58,140 nucleotides of DNA from an uncultured Verrucomicrobiota bacterium (lineage in GTDB: Bacteria > Verrucomicrobiota > Verrucomicrobiia > Limisphaerales > UBA1096). Where the stretch lies: assembly GCA_913030945.1 (NCBI GenBank), contig CAJWEP010000001.1:1-58140 (forward strand), read 5' to 3'. Shown piece after piece: positions 27,753 through 35,397 of the stretch; position 1 is the first letter of the stretch, and each line of letters opens with the position of its first letter. The notes below the pieces were generated by a model, which searched no databases, was not told where the DNA came from, and worked only from the letters and a program-made list of their open reading frames with translations. The position numbers and the translations under genes were made by a program.

Positions 27753-28060
27753 ATCCGGATTCGTTTCAGCAACTGGACAAGGTGATCCATGAAAAAAGTC
27801 GCATGGCAATCATGTCGATGCTCGCGGGGTCACCCGAGTTGTCGTTCACGGAATTGCGGAACGCGCTGAAGATGACAGATGGCAACCTGACCACGCATAT
27901 CCGCACACTACAAAAATCCGGGTATGTATCGGTGTCCAAGAGTTTCCGCAAGAATCGCCCCCTGACCACTTGTGCGCTCACGGCAAACGGCATCAGGGCC
28001 TTCAGTGATTATGTCAGTCTGCTTGAAGGAATCGTAAAGCAGGCACAACAATCAAACTAA
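27749..28060 (+). CDS. Winged-helix DNA-binding transcriptional regulator (small, ArsR/MarR-like fold)
   Basis: 'IHEKSRMAIMSMLAGSPELSFTELRNALKMTDGNLTTHIRTLQKSGYVSVSKSF'. GTG start at 27749 overlaps the upstream stop. The longer track ORF (27302..) is an alternate frame of the membrane gene. Confidence 0.75.
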   Translation: MNPDSFQQLDKVIHEKSRMAIMSMLAGSPELSFTELRNALKMTDGNLTTHIRTLQKSGYVSVSKSFRKNRPLTTCALTANGIRAFSDYVSLLEGIVKQAQQSN

Positions 28061-28068
28061 CAATCAAA

Positions 28069-28959
28069 ATGAACACAATCGAATCAAGGAACCCATTTAC
28101 TTTGCAGTACAAAGCTAATATCATCGTTCGACGGGCGGAGCATCTGGGACTGTGCTTTGGGGTTCGCGATGCCATAAACTTTGCCCGAAGCAAAGTCACA
28201 GAACATCCCATCACCGTGATGGGCGAACTGGTGCACAACACCTCGGTGCTGGATGACCTGAAAAAGCGAGGTGTGCAATTTAAAGATAAACCAGAACAAG
28301 TGGAAACGAAATCGGCGATGATCACGGCTCACGGCGCTTCAAACCGGGTTCGTAATCACGCAAAGATGGCGGGCTTAAAGATCAGTGATGCCACATGTCC
28401 TTTGGTGCATTATGCCCATCAGCAAATTCGAAAGCTCGCAGATGCCGGATGCCATCCCATCATCATTGGCCGCCGTGGCCATGTGGAAGTACGTGGATTA
28501 ACGGAAGACTTGGCCGCCTGCGATGTGATTTTGAACAAAGCGGATATTGATGCCCTTGCCGTGTATCCGAGTTACGGCGTAATGGCACAGACCACCCAAC
28601 CCATCACCCTAGTTCGGATATTGGTGGACTACCTGCGAAACAGATTCCCAAGCGCGGAGGTCCGGTTTGTGGACACCGTGTGTCAGCCCACCAAGCAGCG
28701 GCAGCAGGCAGCAGTGGAACTGGCGAAGCAATCTGACGTGGTACTGGTTGTTGGAGGTGCAAACAGCAACAACACTTATGAATTGGCGCGCACCTGTGCG
28801 AAGTTTTGTTCGCGGGTACATCACGTTCAAGGCCCCGATGATATCCGAGCCGACTGGTTAGTGGATGCAGATAAACTGGGTATTACCGCAGGCACATCGA
28901 CTCCGGATGAGCTCATTGATGCAGTGGAACGCAAAGCGCACACCATTTTGGACAAATAA
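28069..28959 (+). CDS. ispH: 4-hydroxy-3-methylbut-2-enyl diphosphate reductase
   Basis: 'GLCFGVRDAI', 'GELVHNTSV', 'ITAHGAS', 'DATCPLVHYAH', 'MAQTTQ', 'DTVCQPTKQRQ', 'VVGGANSNNTYEL'. The three Fe-S Cys residues are present. Confidence 0.9.
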   Translation: MNTIESRNPFTLQYKANIIVRRAEHLGLCFGVRDAINFARSKVTEHPITVMGELVHNTSVLDDLKKRGVQFKDKPEQVETKSAMITAHGASNRVRNHAKMAGLKISDATCPLVHYAHQQIRKLADAGCHPIIIGRRGHVEVRGLTEDLAACDVILNKADIDALAVYPSYGVMAQTTQPITLVRILVDYLRNRFPSAEVRFVDTVCQPTKQRQQAAVELAKQSDVVLVVGGANSNNTYELARTCAKFCSRVHHVQGPDDIRADWLVDADKLGITAGTSTPDELIDAVERKAHTILDK

Positions 28960-28996
28960 AAAACAAAAGGGTATTTATCTTAACCATAAAACGAGC

Positions 28997-29041
28997 AAAG
29001 AATTGAGAGCTATAAGGAAAATGAAACACCTCCTAATCACA
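28997..29041 (+). repeat. Cassette junction repeat J1 (decayed tail half plus signal-peptide half)
   Basis: aaagaattgagagctataaggaaaATGaaacacctcctaatcaca aligns with J2 and J3. The tail half is non-coding here. Confidence 0.6.
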
Positions 29042-29797
29042 CTTGCGGCTGTCCTTTTGCTTGGTTGCGACCCACACGTAGATTCAGTTTATCTTGGGCG
29101 CTCTGAAGCGAACATGCTTGGTGATGTAGGTCGTGGAGATATTGAAGCAGCCAAAAAGTATCTGGACAATGGCGGCAACGTGAACCTGCAAGACGAACCG
29201 GGCATGACTCCCTTGCACCATGCCGTCAACAGTGATTGGAAAGGGAAAAACTTCGAAATGGTTAAGCTACTGATCGACCGAGGAGCCAACGTAAAGGCAA
29301 TTGATGATACCCATCATACACCATTGCATTCGGCGAGTAATAAGGAAACCGCAGAATTACTTATTGATGCAGGGGCGGATGTGAATGCCAAGACACAGCG
29401 CACAGGAGAGACTTTATTGTATTCAGCGGCGTGGGGTGCGGCTCAAGGTCATCCCAAAAGTTATCAGATATATCTGGACTTGACGAAGATGCTTATTGCC
29501 AAAGGGGCGAATGTAAATGTGAAACTTAAATCGGGAAGTATGATTAATGATAATAAACCCTACCGTGCTAAATCGGAAGATACAGTTTTACATAAGGTGG
29601 TTCGGAGTTATTCAGAAAAACATGCTTCGGAAGTAGCTGAATTACTTATTACTAATGGGGCAAAAATAAACGAGAGGAATATCCGTGGGCAAACGCCTTT
29701 AGATGAAGCGCTTTCGAACAAACGCAATAAAACCGCCGAACTCCTCCGCAAACGCGGCGGCAAGAGCGGTGAAGAATTGAAAGCTGAAGAGAAATGA
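29021..29797 (+). CDS. Ankyrin-repeat lipoprotein (cassette 1)
   Basis: 'MKHLLITLAAVLLLGC' lipobox. Ankyrin repeats 'GMTPLHHAV...LLIDRGANVKAIDDTHHTPLHSA...LLIDAGADVNAK'. Tail 'RKRGGKSGEELKAEEK*'. Start at ATG 29021. Confidence 0.85.
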   Translation: MKHLLITLAAVLLLGCDPHVDSVYLGRSEANMLGDVGRGDIEAAKKYLDNGGNVNLQDEPGMTPLHHAVNSDWKGKNFEMVKLLIDRGANVKAIDDTHHTPLHSASNKETAELLIDAGADVNAKTQRTGETLLYSAAWGAAQGHPKSYQIYLDLTKMLIAKGANVNVKLKSGSMINDNKPYRAKSEDTVLHKVVRSYSEKHASEVAELLITNGAKINERNIRGQTPLDEALSNKRNKTAELLRKRGGKSGEELKAEEK

Positions 29798-29815
29798 AAC
29801 ACATACTAATCACAA
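29771..29815 (+). repeat. Cassette junction repeat J2
   Basis: gaagaattgaaagctgaagagaaATGAaacacatactaatcaca. 29794-29815 is identical over 22 nt to 31741-31762. Confidence 0.7.
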
Positions 29816-29832
29816 TTGTGCGGCGAAAATGA
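29794..29832 (+). pseudogene. Truncated signal-peptide remnant (12 codons, MKHILITIVRRK*)
   Basis: Begins with the conserved junction ATGA, diverges after 22 nt and stops at 29830-29832. It overlaps the ATG of the next gene (ATGA). Confidence 0.5.
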
Positions 29833-30137
29833 AGCGGCGATTAACACAATGGGCATTCATCACGAGTGCCTTGTGCTTATTGGCACTCACGTCCTTGCTT
29901 CTTTTTGCTCCCGCATTTCTGGAAGTTGTGGAGCCAATGCTAAATCCGTGGCTTGGCTTTTGCCGGATTGTGACTCCGGACGCATGGCCGGTTCGAGGCA
30001 ATATCCTGCTGGGATTGGGGTGGCTTTTTTCGGGGGTGGTAATTTACTCCATGCTGATCGGAGCCATCTTTGTTGCGTCTGCGGCAGGAATAGAAAAACT
30101 TCTTGAACCGGAAAAAGAGGCAGTAAAAAATGAATAA
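29829..30137 (+). CDS. Small hypothetical membrane protein (cassette 2a)
   Basis: 102 aa with three hydrophobic segments. 8-nt overlap with the next gene. Confidence 0.5.
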   Translation: MKRRLTQWAFITSALCLLALTSLLLFAPAFLEVVEPMLNPWLGFCRIVTPDAWPVRGNILLGLGWLFSGVVIYSMLIGAIFVASAAGIEKLLEPEKEAVKNE

Positions 30138-30594
30138 CCTAAAACCAACCTTTGCCTCGGCCGTAATATGTAGCCTGCTCGTGCTCCTAATTGGTTGTAT
30201 CGATTTTGGAGCAGGGCCTGATGCGGATGAGATTGAAATTATTGGTGAAGAGAAATCACCTAATGGCAAGTTTATCGCCACGAGTTTTTCCGGCTCCGGT
30301 GGAGGTGCCGCCGGCTACTTCTATTTTAATGCCAGTCTGCGGAAAGCGGGGGAGAAACTCGATCAACGGGACGGCCTTTTGGGCAAGCATAAGATGTGGA
30401 AAGCCTTCACCGATATTGAACTGAAGTGGATTGACGATAAGAACCTTGAGGTGTCCTACAAACAGTCTGATTCACCTGACTACAAGGAGAATAACGCGGT
30501 TAAGGTGGAATCCAAACACGGGATTAAGATTCACTACATTGTCACCAATTTAGGTGAGATGGCGGCAAAAGAATTTAAAGCTGAAGGGAAGTGA
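30130..30594 (+). CDS. Small hypothetical lipoprotein (cassette 2b)
   Basis: Lipobox 'LVLLIGC'. Tail 'AAKEFKAEGK*' matches the junction tail. Confidence 0.6.
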   Translation: MNNLKPTFASAVICSLLVLLIGCIDFGAGPDADEIEIIGEEKSPNGKFIATSFSGSGGGAAGYFYFNASLRKAGEKLDQRDGLLGKHKMWKAFTDIELKWIDDKNLEVSYKQSDSPDYKENNAVKVESKHGIKIHYIVTNLGEMAAKEFKAEGK

Positions 30595-30612
30595 AACACC
30601 TCCTACTAACAA
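30568..30612 (+). repeat. Cassette junction repeat J3
   Basis: aaagaatttaaagctgaagggaaGTGAaacacctcctactaacaa. GTGA stop/start overlap. Confidence 0.7.
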
Positions 30613-30920
30613 CAATCGCAGCCGTGGTTTTGGTGGGGTGTGCGAAGAATGATATCAAGCTGACCAACAAGGGCACCAAGGATTGGCAAGAAATTGAAGT
30701 TAAGGCTGGGGGGCAGGTTTTCGAGGTAAAACAATTAAAGGGCGGAGCAACTGAAACCTTGCGGTTTAAATCGGAAGCCGAGGATGGAGGCCAAGTGAAC
30801 GGGAAGTTGGACGGTCTGGTTCACAAGGTCAAGTTCGGCTACTTTACCCCAAATTTATCAAACCGGCATGAGGTCATTTTTGACGACAATGGCACGATAA
30901 CCACTGTCGAAATGCCGTGA
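30591..30920 (+). CDS. Small hypothetical lipoprotein (cassette 3)
   Basis: GTG start; 'MKHLLLTTIAAVVLVGC' lipobox; 109 aa. Confidence 0.6.
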   Translation: MKHLLLTTIAAVVLVGCAKNDIKLTNKGTKDWQEIEVKAGGQVFEVKQLKGGATETLRFKSEAEDGGQVNGKLDGLVHKVKFGYFTPNLSNRHEVIFDDNGTITTVEMP

Positions 30921-30934
30921 CGAAAAGCTGATCA

Positions 30935-31384
30935 ATGAAACAACTCATACTCATCGCGATTGCCACTGCCCTACCGGGGGCCGGTTGCGAGCTCAAATTT
31001 GGAGATGATATTGAACTCGTCGCGCCCAACGTGACAGCCAAGGAACTGGCCGAAGTGACTCAGCGCACAGGGATTCAGTTCCCGGTTGAGGCAACGGGCT
31101 TGGGCTATGTGTTTTTTGGCTCGGGGATTGATGATTCGCTGGCAATCAAGGTTTTGATACCGGATGAAAAGAAATCGGACTTTCTGATAAACGATTTGTT
31201 CCAAAGTGGCGAAAAAAACAAACCATCAGTTCAGATTGGAAGTAATCAATCCTGGTGGAACCTGAAGGAATTGAAAGATCGGGTGGATCGTACGAAAAGC
31301 CTAACTAAAGGAAGATATGTTGAGTGTTCCTTTGGTAAAGCAGAGGGAAAGTGGGTCGCCTATATTTCTTGGATGTCCTCCTAA
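30935..31384 (+). CDS. Small hypothetical secreted protein or lipoprotein (cassette 4)
   Basis: 'MKQLILIAIATALPGAGC' signal/lipobox; 149 aa. Confidence 0.55.
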   Translation: MKQLILIAIATALPGAGCELKFGDDIELVAPNVTAKELAEVTQRTGIQFPVEATGLGYVFFGSGIDDSLAIKVLIPDEKKSDFLINDLFQSGEKNKPSVQIGSNQSWWNLKELKDRVDRTKSLTKGRYVECSFGKAEGKWVAYISWMSS

Positions 31385-31414
31385 GGTGATGCCAAGGCAG
31401 GGTTTTGAAAGAAA

Positions 31415-31744
31415 ATGAAAAAACTGCTCACAACAATCACCGTCTCAATCCTGTGTTTAGTCGTCATGTTAACTTCATGCGCCGAGACACCTAAACATGT
31501 TTCCGGTGCGAAATTCCAACTGGAATACAGAATGGGCACCCGTCAAACCATGCATCAATCCGAATACATAGGTGAGAAGGATGGCAAATTCTATCTTCGG
31601 CGCAAATCGATGCCTTTACTGTACAAACGCAAATGGAACGAAGAAATATGGTATACAGAAGCCGAAGAGTTAGAGCCATCATTGCTCAAACAACTGAGGA
31701 AGGAAGCCAAGACATTTGGCAAACCAAAATCTGTCGCAAAATGA
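31415..31744 (+). CDS. Small hypothetical lipoprotein (cassette 5)
   Basis: 'MKKLLTTITVSILCLVVMLTSC' lipobox; 109 aa. The stop overlaps the next ATG (ATGA). Confidence 0.55.
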   Translation: MKKLLTTITVSILCLVVMLTSCAETPKHVSGAKFQLEYRMGTRQTMHQSEYIGEKDGKFYLRRKSMPLLYKRKWNEEIWYTEAEELEPSLLKQLRKEAKTFGKPKSVAK

Positions 31745-31775
31745 AACACATACTAATCACAACAATCGCAGCTTT
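31741..31775 (+). repeat. Cassette junction repeat J4 (signal-peptide half only)
   Basis: atgaaacacatactaatcacaacaatcgcagcttt. It shares 22 nt exactly with J2 and 'acaacaatcgcagc' with J3. Confidence 0.65.
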
Positions 31776-32622
31776 GCTGTTGGTAGGGTGTAACGGTCAA
31801 TTTGTTGATCGTTCGTTGGTAGAAGCTTCAGGGAAAGGTGATCTCAATAAAGTTCAGCAACTTTTGGACTCTGGAGTGGATCCGAACGTGGAAGATTATG
31901 CCAATCACACGGCCCTTTATCACGCAGCAGAAAAGGGTCAATTGAAAATCGCCAAGCTGCTGCTAAAAAAAGGTGCCAGGGTTGACCATCAAAGTGGAGA
32001 TTCGCCTCTCCTATGGACATGCCATTATGGTCATGTTGATATGGTTAAGTTGCTGATTAACAATAAGGCAGACGTGAACGCAAAACGATCGATGGATGAC
32101 AGCACGCCCCTTTGCTTTGCTGCCCACAGGAACCACATGGAAATTGTCGAATTACTTTTGGCAGAAGGAGCCGATCCTAATGTTCCCAATCATTATGGTG
32201 AAACCGCGCTTGATCGGGCAAGGCCTGAAATCGCTGGAATTCTTGAGAAGCACGGAGCCAAAACGGGGGTACAGTTGGGTGCGAAAGCGTGGAACTGGGA
32301 GGAGACGGAAGCCGTCACCAAGGAACTCCTAGGCACCTACGAATGGAAGCATGGGAATAAGCATTTGGGCTTTCAAACCGCCCAAATGATTTTACTCAAA
32401 GATGGCGTGGCTCAATTCAAGGTCGGTGATGCCAAGCTTCCTGAAGAGAAATGGAAACTAAAATATCTGCATGAGGTTCATGTAACCAATAACCAGGATG
32501 AGACGGATGTCTTTACTGTCATGGATGATAAACAAAGCCTCCTAAAAGTCGGCCGTATAGTTGACAATCACCGAAAGGGCCTTATTCGCCAAACTTTCCG
32601 AAAACTACAAAAAGTAGATTGA
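31741..32622 (+). CDS. Ankyrin-repeat lipoprotein with extra C-terminal domain (cassette 6)
   Basis: 'MKHILITTIAALLLVGC'. Ankyrin repeats 'HTALYHAAEKGQLKIAKLLLKKGARV', 'STPLCFAAHRNHMEIVELLLAEGADPN', then 'ILEKHGAKTG' followed by about 110 aa of unknown fold. Start at ATG 31741, not the 31633 track start. Confidence 0.85.
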   Translation: MKHILITTIAALLLVGCNGQFVDRSLVEASGKGDLNKVQQLLDSGVDPNVEDYANHTALYHAAEKGQLKIAKLLLKKGARVDHQSGDSPLLWTCHYGHVDMVKLLINNKADVNAKRSMDDSTPLCFAAHRNHMEIVELLLAEGADPNVPNHYGETALDRARPEIAGILEKHGAKTGVQLGAKAWNWEETEAVTKELLGTYEWKHGNKHLGFQTAQMILLKDGVAQFKVGDAKLPEEKWKLKYLHEVHVTNNQDETDVFTVMDDKQSLLKVGRIVDNHRKGLIRQTFRKLQKVD

Positions 32623-32877
32623 AAACATGACGAATAACTGACTACAAAGCATCATCGAGTTCGATACGAACTTCCCACCTTCTTTCGGGGGCTACTGATC
32701 GGGCTCTTGATCCTGTTACTTCTAACACCCATCAAGAAATGTTCGGCAGTAGTCAATTTCCGAGAAACTCGCTAAATTAATGACTTTAAAAGACTATGGT
32801 TCAGGGTAGTTTTTCGCCGATGGTTTTTAAATTAAATATCATTTAGCCGGTGTAGGTGCATAAGCATTAATGAGATA

Positions 32878-34146
32878 ATGATACCCCTTATTCGAAACAC
32901 AACAATCTGCAGTTTTCTTGCAGGAATACTGGTTGCATCCTTTCAAACCTTATCAGCTCAATCAATTGATATGGAAGGTCTGATAAATTATCAAATAATC
33001 AGTCCAACCCTAATTAATCTAAAAGTGGCCAAGTTAGAAAACAACAAACCAATAGGTTCGGTCACCAGCAATCTGGTGTTACAAGGATGGGCATCCAGAA
33101 AAAAATACTCAGGAGGTAAAATTAATGGATATAAAATCGCCCAGGTAAATTTAGGGAAACTAAGAGGGGGCAAGCACCTGAATAACATCGACGAAACAAC
33201 TTTATTGAGGCAACCGCCAAGTAGCGAAAAGGGAGTTTTCTATATAACGTTGATCCTCGCAGAACAAACAGATTTAGATTATGCAACAGTTGACTATGCT
33301 AGTTTGGAAGCCAAAGTTTTTGATTTACTGCCTCCTAAGATCAACCCAGGCACAAAGGTAATTGCATTCAGAGACAAGTACGTGAATTTCAAAGTAACTG
33401 TATTGGCGAATGCCCGTTATCCAGTCGTTTTTTCTGCCACAAACTTACCTTCAGGATTGTCAATAAATTCCACAACTGGGGTTGTTTCCGGCATTCCAAG
33501 GGTTTTGGGAAAGCACAACACTACAATAATCGCAACAAACATTGCAGGTTCAGACAGAAGCAACTTATCATTCAATATTTCAGAGAAGCCAAAAACACCG
33601 GTTATCACCAACAGTAATAGCTACAGCATAAATAACGGGGAAACCTTCACACTGAAAATATTGGCAACTAACGACCCCTACTGGTACGAAGTTTCAGGAA
33701 TACCGCCTGGGCTCAATCTCAACCCCGAAATGGGATTAATTAGTGGAAGACCCAATAAAATTGGAACTTATCAAGTTATCCTTGAGGCGTATAATCAGGA
33801 GGGCGGAGGGCAAAAGAGTGTATCATTCGCAATTCAAACACCTTTAAGGATCATAACAAATCCGACTTCGACGTCTGTAAAAGAAGGGGGAAATGCTGAA
33901 TTCCTTGTAAGAACTGAGGGCTCAAGCCAACCAAATTTTCGGTGGTATCACAACGGTGTCCTTTTAATTGGTGCGAATAAGCCAAAATTAATGATCAATA
34001 ATTCAATTCAATCTGATGCAGGTGAATATTATGTAGCCGTATCCTCTGATAAACAAACAGTTGTCAGTTCGATTGTTCAACTGAATGTTCAAGCACTCGA
34101 CAACCTGCCGAATAGTACTCGGCAACGCACTTCATCTACAAATTAG
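32878..34146 (+). CDS. Secreted protein with Ig-like domains (putative-Ig 'He_PIG'-type repeats plus I-set-like Ig)
   Basis: Signal 'FLAGILVASFQTLSAQ'. 'FSATNLPSGLSINSTTGVVSGIP' and 'YEVSGIPPGLNLNPEMGLISGRP' match the putative Ig domain pattern. The C-terminal 'VKEGGNAEFLVRTEGSSQPNFRWYHNGVLL...SDAGEYYVAV' is the I-set signature. AT-rich. Confidence 0.7.
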   Translation: MIPLIRNTTICSFLAGILVASFQTLSAQSIDMEGLINYQIISPTLINLKVAKLENNKPIGSVTSNLVLQGWASRKKYSGGKINGYKIAQVNLGKLRGGKHLNNIDETTLLRQPPSSEKGVFYITLILAEQTDLDYATVDYASLEAKVFDLLPPKINPGTKVIAFRDKYVNFKVTVLANARYPVVFSATNLPSGLSINSTTGVVSGIPRVLGKHNTTIIATNIAGSDRSNLSFNISEKPKTPVITNSNSYSINNGETFTLKILATNDPYWYEVSGIPPGLNLNPEMGLISGRPNKIGTYQVILEAYNQEGGGQKSVSFAIQTPLRIITNPTSTSVKEGGNAEFLVRTEGSSQPNFRWYHNGVLLIGANKPKLMINNSIQSDAGEYYVAVSSDKQTVVSSIVQLNVQALDNLPNSTRQRTSSTN

Positions 34147-34255
34147 GAGAAATACCGAGAATGCATCTTTAACGGTGGTTGTCAGCAGTTCAAATTCGTT
34201 TCAAGTTCAGTGGTTGAAACAGAAATCAAATTTATTGCCACCCAGTTTCGTTCAT

Positions 34256-34339
34256 AAAATTATCAAAGCAGATATCTTTAAACACGGGGTCAAGGCGGGT
34301 GAAGAGTTGAAAGCTGACTGGAAGCAGCCCACCGTTTAA
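34256..34339 (+). pseudogene. Orphan ankyrin-cassette 3' tail remnant
   Basis: Encodes 'KIIKADIFKHGVKAGEELKADWKQPTV*'. DNA at 34280-34317 (aaacacggggtcaaggcgggtgaagagttgaaagctga) aligns to the tail aaacgcggcggcaagagcggtgaagaattgaaagctga at 29750-29787. No ankyrin body lies upstream. Confidence 0.5.
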
Positions 34340-34416
34340 CACCTACCCTGACTCCTTAAATTATCTTCAAAGATTTCACTTGTGTTGACACGTTTTTGGC
34401 GTGTTTTCAGTTTTAA

Positions 34417-34450
34417 GCTTGGCCAAGCGCGGCTTGACGCTTGGCCAAGC
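34417..34450. repeat. Two spaced copies of the iterated palindrome at the right edge of the AT-rich island
   Basis: gcttggccaagcgcggcttgacgcttggccaagc, 30 nt upstream of the aroE start. Confidence 0.8.
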
Positions 34451-34479
34451 GGCATTAACTATTCCCGCCGATTTTTACC

Positions 34480-35337
34480 GTGCCAGAAGAATTGAATTTT
34501 CTACCGAGTTTGACCGGCTCATTCGCCAAGCCGGCTGCCGAGAATCCCACCGTGGAAATGGTCGAGGCCGCCTACCGGCATCACGGCCTGCACTGGCGCT
34601 ACGTCAACACCGAGGTGGGGCCAGAGGACTTGGGCGCGGCCGTGGCCGGTGCGCGGGCCATGAACTGGGTCGGCTTCAACTGTTCGCTGCCGAACAAGGT
34701 GGAGGTGATCCGGCACCTCGACGGCTTGGGCGAGTCCGCCAAAGTGATCGGCGCAGTGAACTGCGTGGTGCGCCGGGGCGACCAACTCATTGGCGAAAAC
34801 ACCGACGGCAAAGGCTTTTTGAAATCGCTTGAGGAGGTGATCGACCCGGCGGGAAAACAAGTCGTCATGTTTGGTGCCGGTGGAGCCGCCCGGGCGATCG
34901 GTGTCGAGGTGGCGCTGGCCGGCGCGACGCACATCACCATCGTGAACCGGTCGGAGAATCGCGGGCTGGAATTGGTTGCGTTGTTGAACGACAAAACTCC
35001 GGCCGAGGCAACATTCGAAAAATGGGACGGTGTTTACTCGGTTGCGGATGCAGTGGACGTTGTGATCAACGCGACTTCGATCGGCCTGTATCCGGATATC
35101 GATGCCCGGTTGACCTTGAGTTTGGATTCGCTGTTAGCGGACATGGTCGTGGCCGACGTGATCCCGAATCCACCGCGAACGAACCTGATCAAAGACGCTG
35201 AGGCACGGGGCTGCAAGGTGCTCGACGGCTTGGGCATGCTTGTGAATCAAGGCATCACCGGGATCGAGTATTGGACCGGCGTGACGGTGGACGGCGGCGT
35301 GATGCGCGCCCGTCTCGAGGAACTTTTTGGCATCTGA
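34480..35337 (+). CDS. aroE: Shikimate dehydrogenase
   Basis: 'NCSLPNKVEVI', 'GAVNCVV...GENTDGKGF', Rossmann 'VMFGAGGAARAI', 'INATSIGLYP'. GTG start. Confidence 0.85.
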   Translation: MPEELNFLPSLTGSFAKPAAENPTVEMVEAAYRHHGLHWRYVNTEVGPEDLGAAVAGARAMNWVGFNCSLPNKVEVIRHLDGLGESAKVIGAVNCVVRRGDQLIGENTDGKGFLKSLEEVIDPAGKQVVMFGAGGAARAIGVEVALAGATHITIVNRSENRGLELVALLNDKTPAEATFEKWDGVYSVADAVDVVINATSIGLYPDIDARLTLSLDSLLADMVVADVIPNPPRTNLIKDAEARGCKVLDGLGMLVNQGITGIEYWTGVTVDGGVMRARLEELFGI

Positions 35338-35397
35338 CGATTTTCGACTTTCACCGGGGCGAACCGCTCCGTAACATCCCGCAACGACTTGAGCAAA

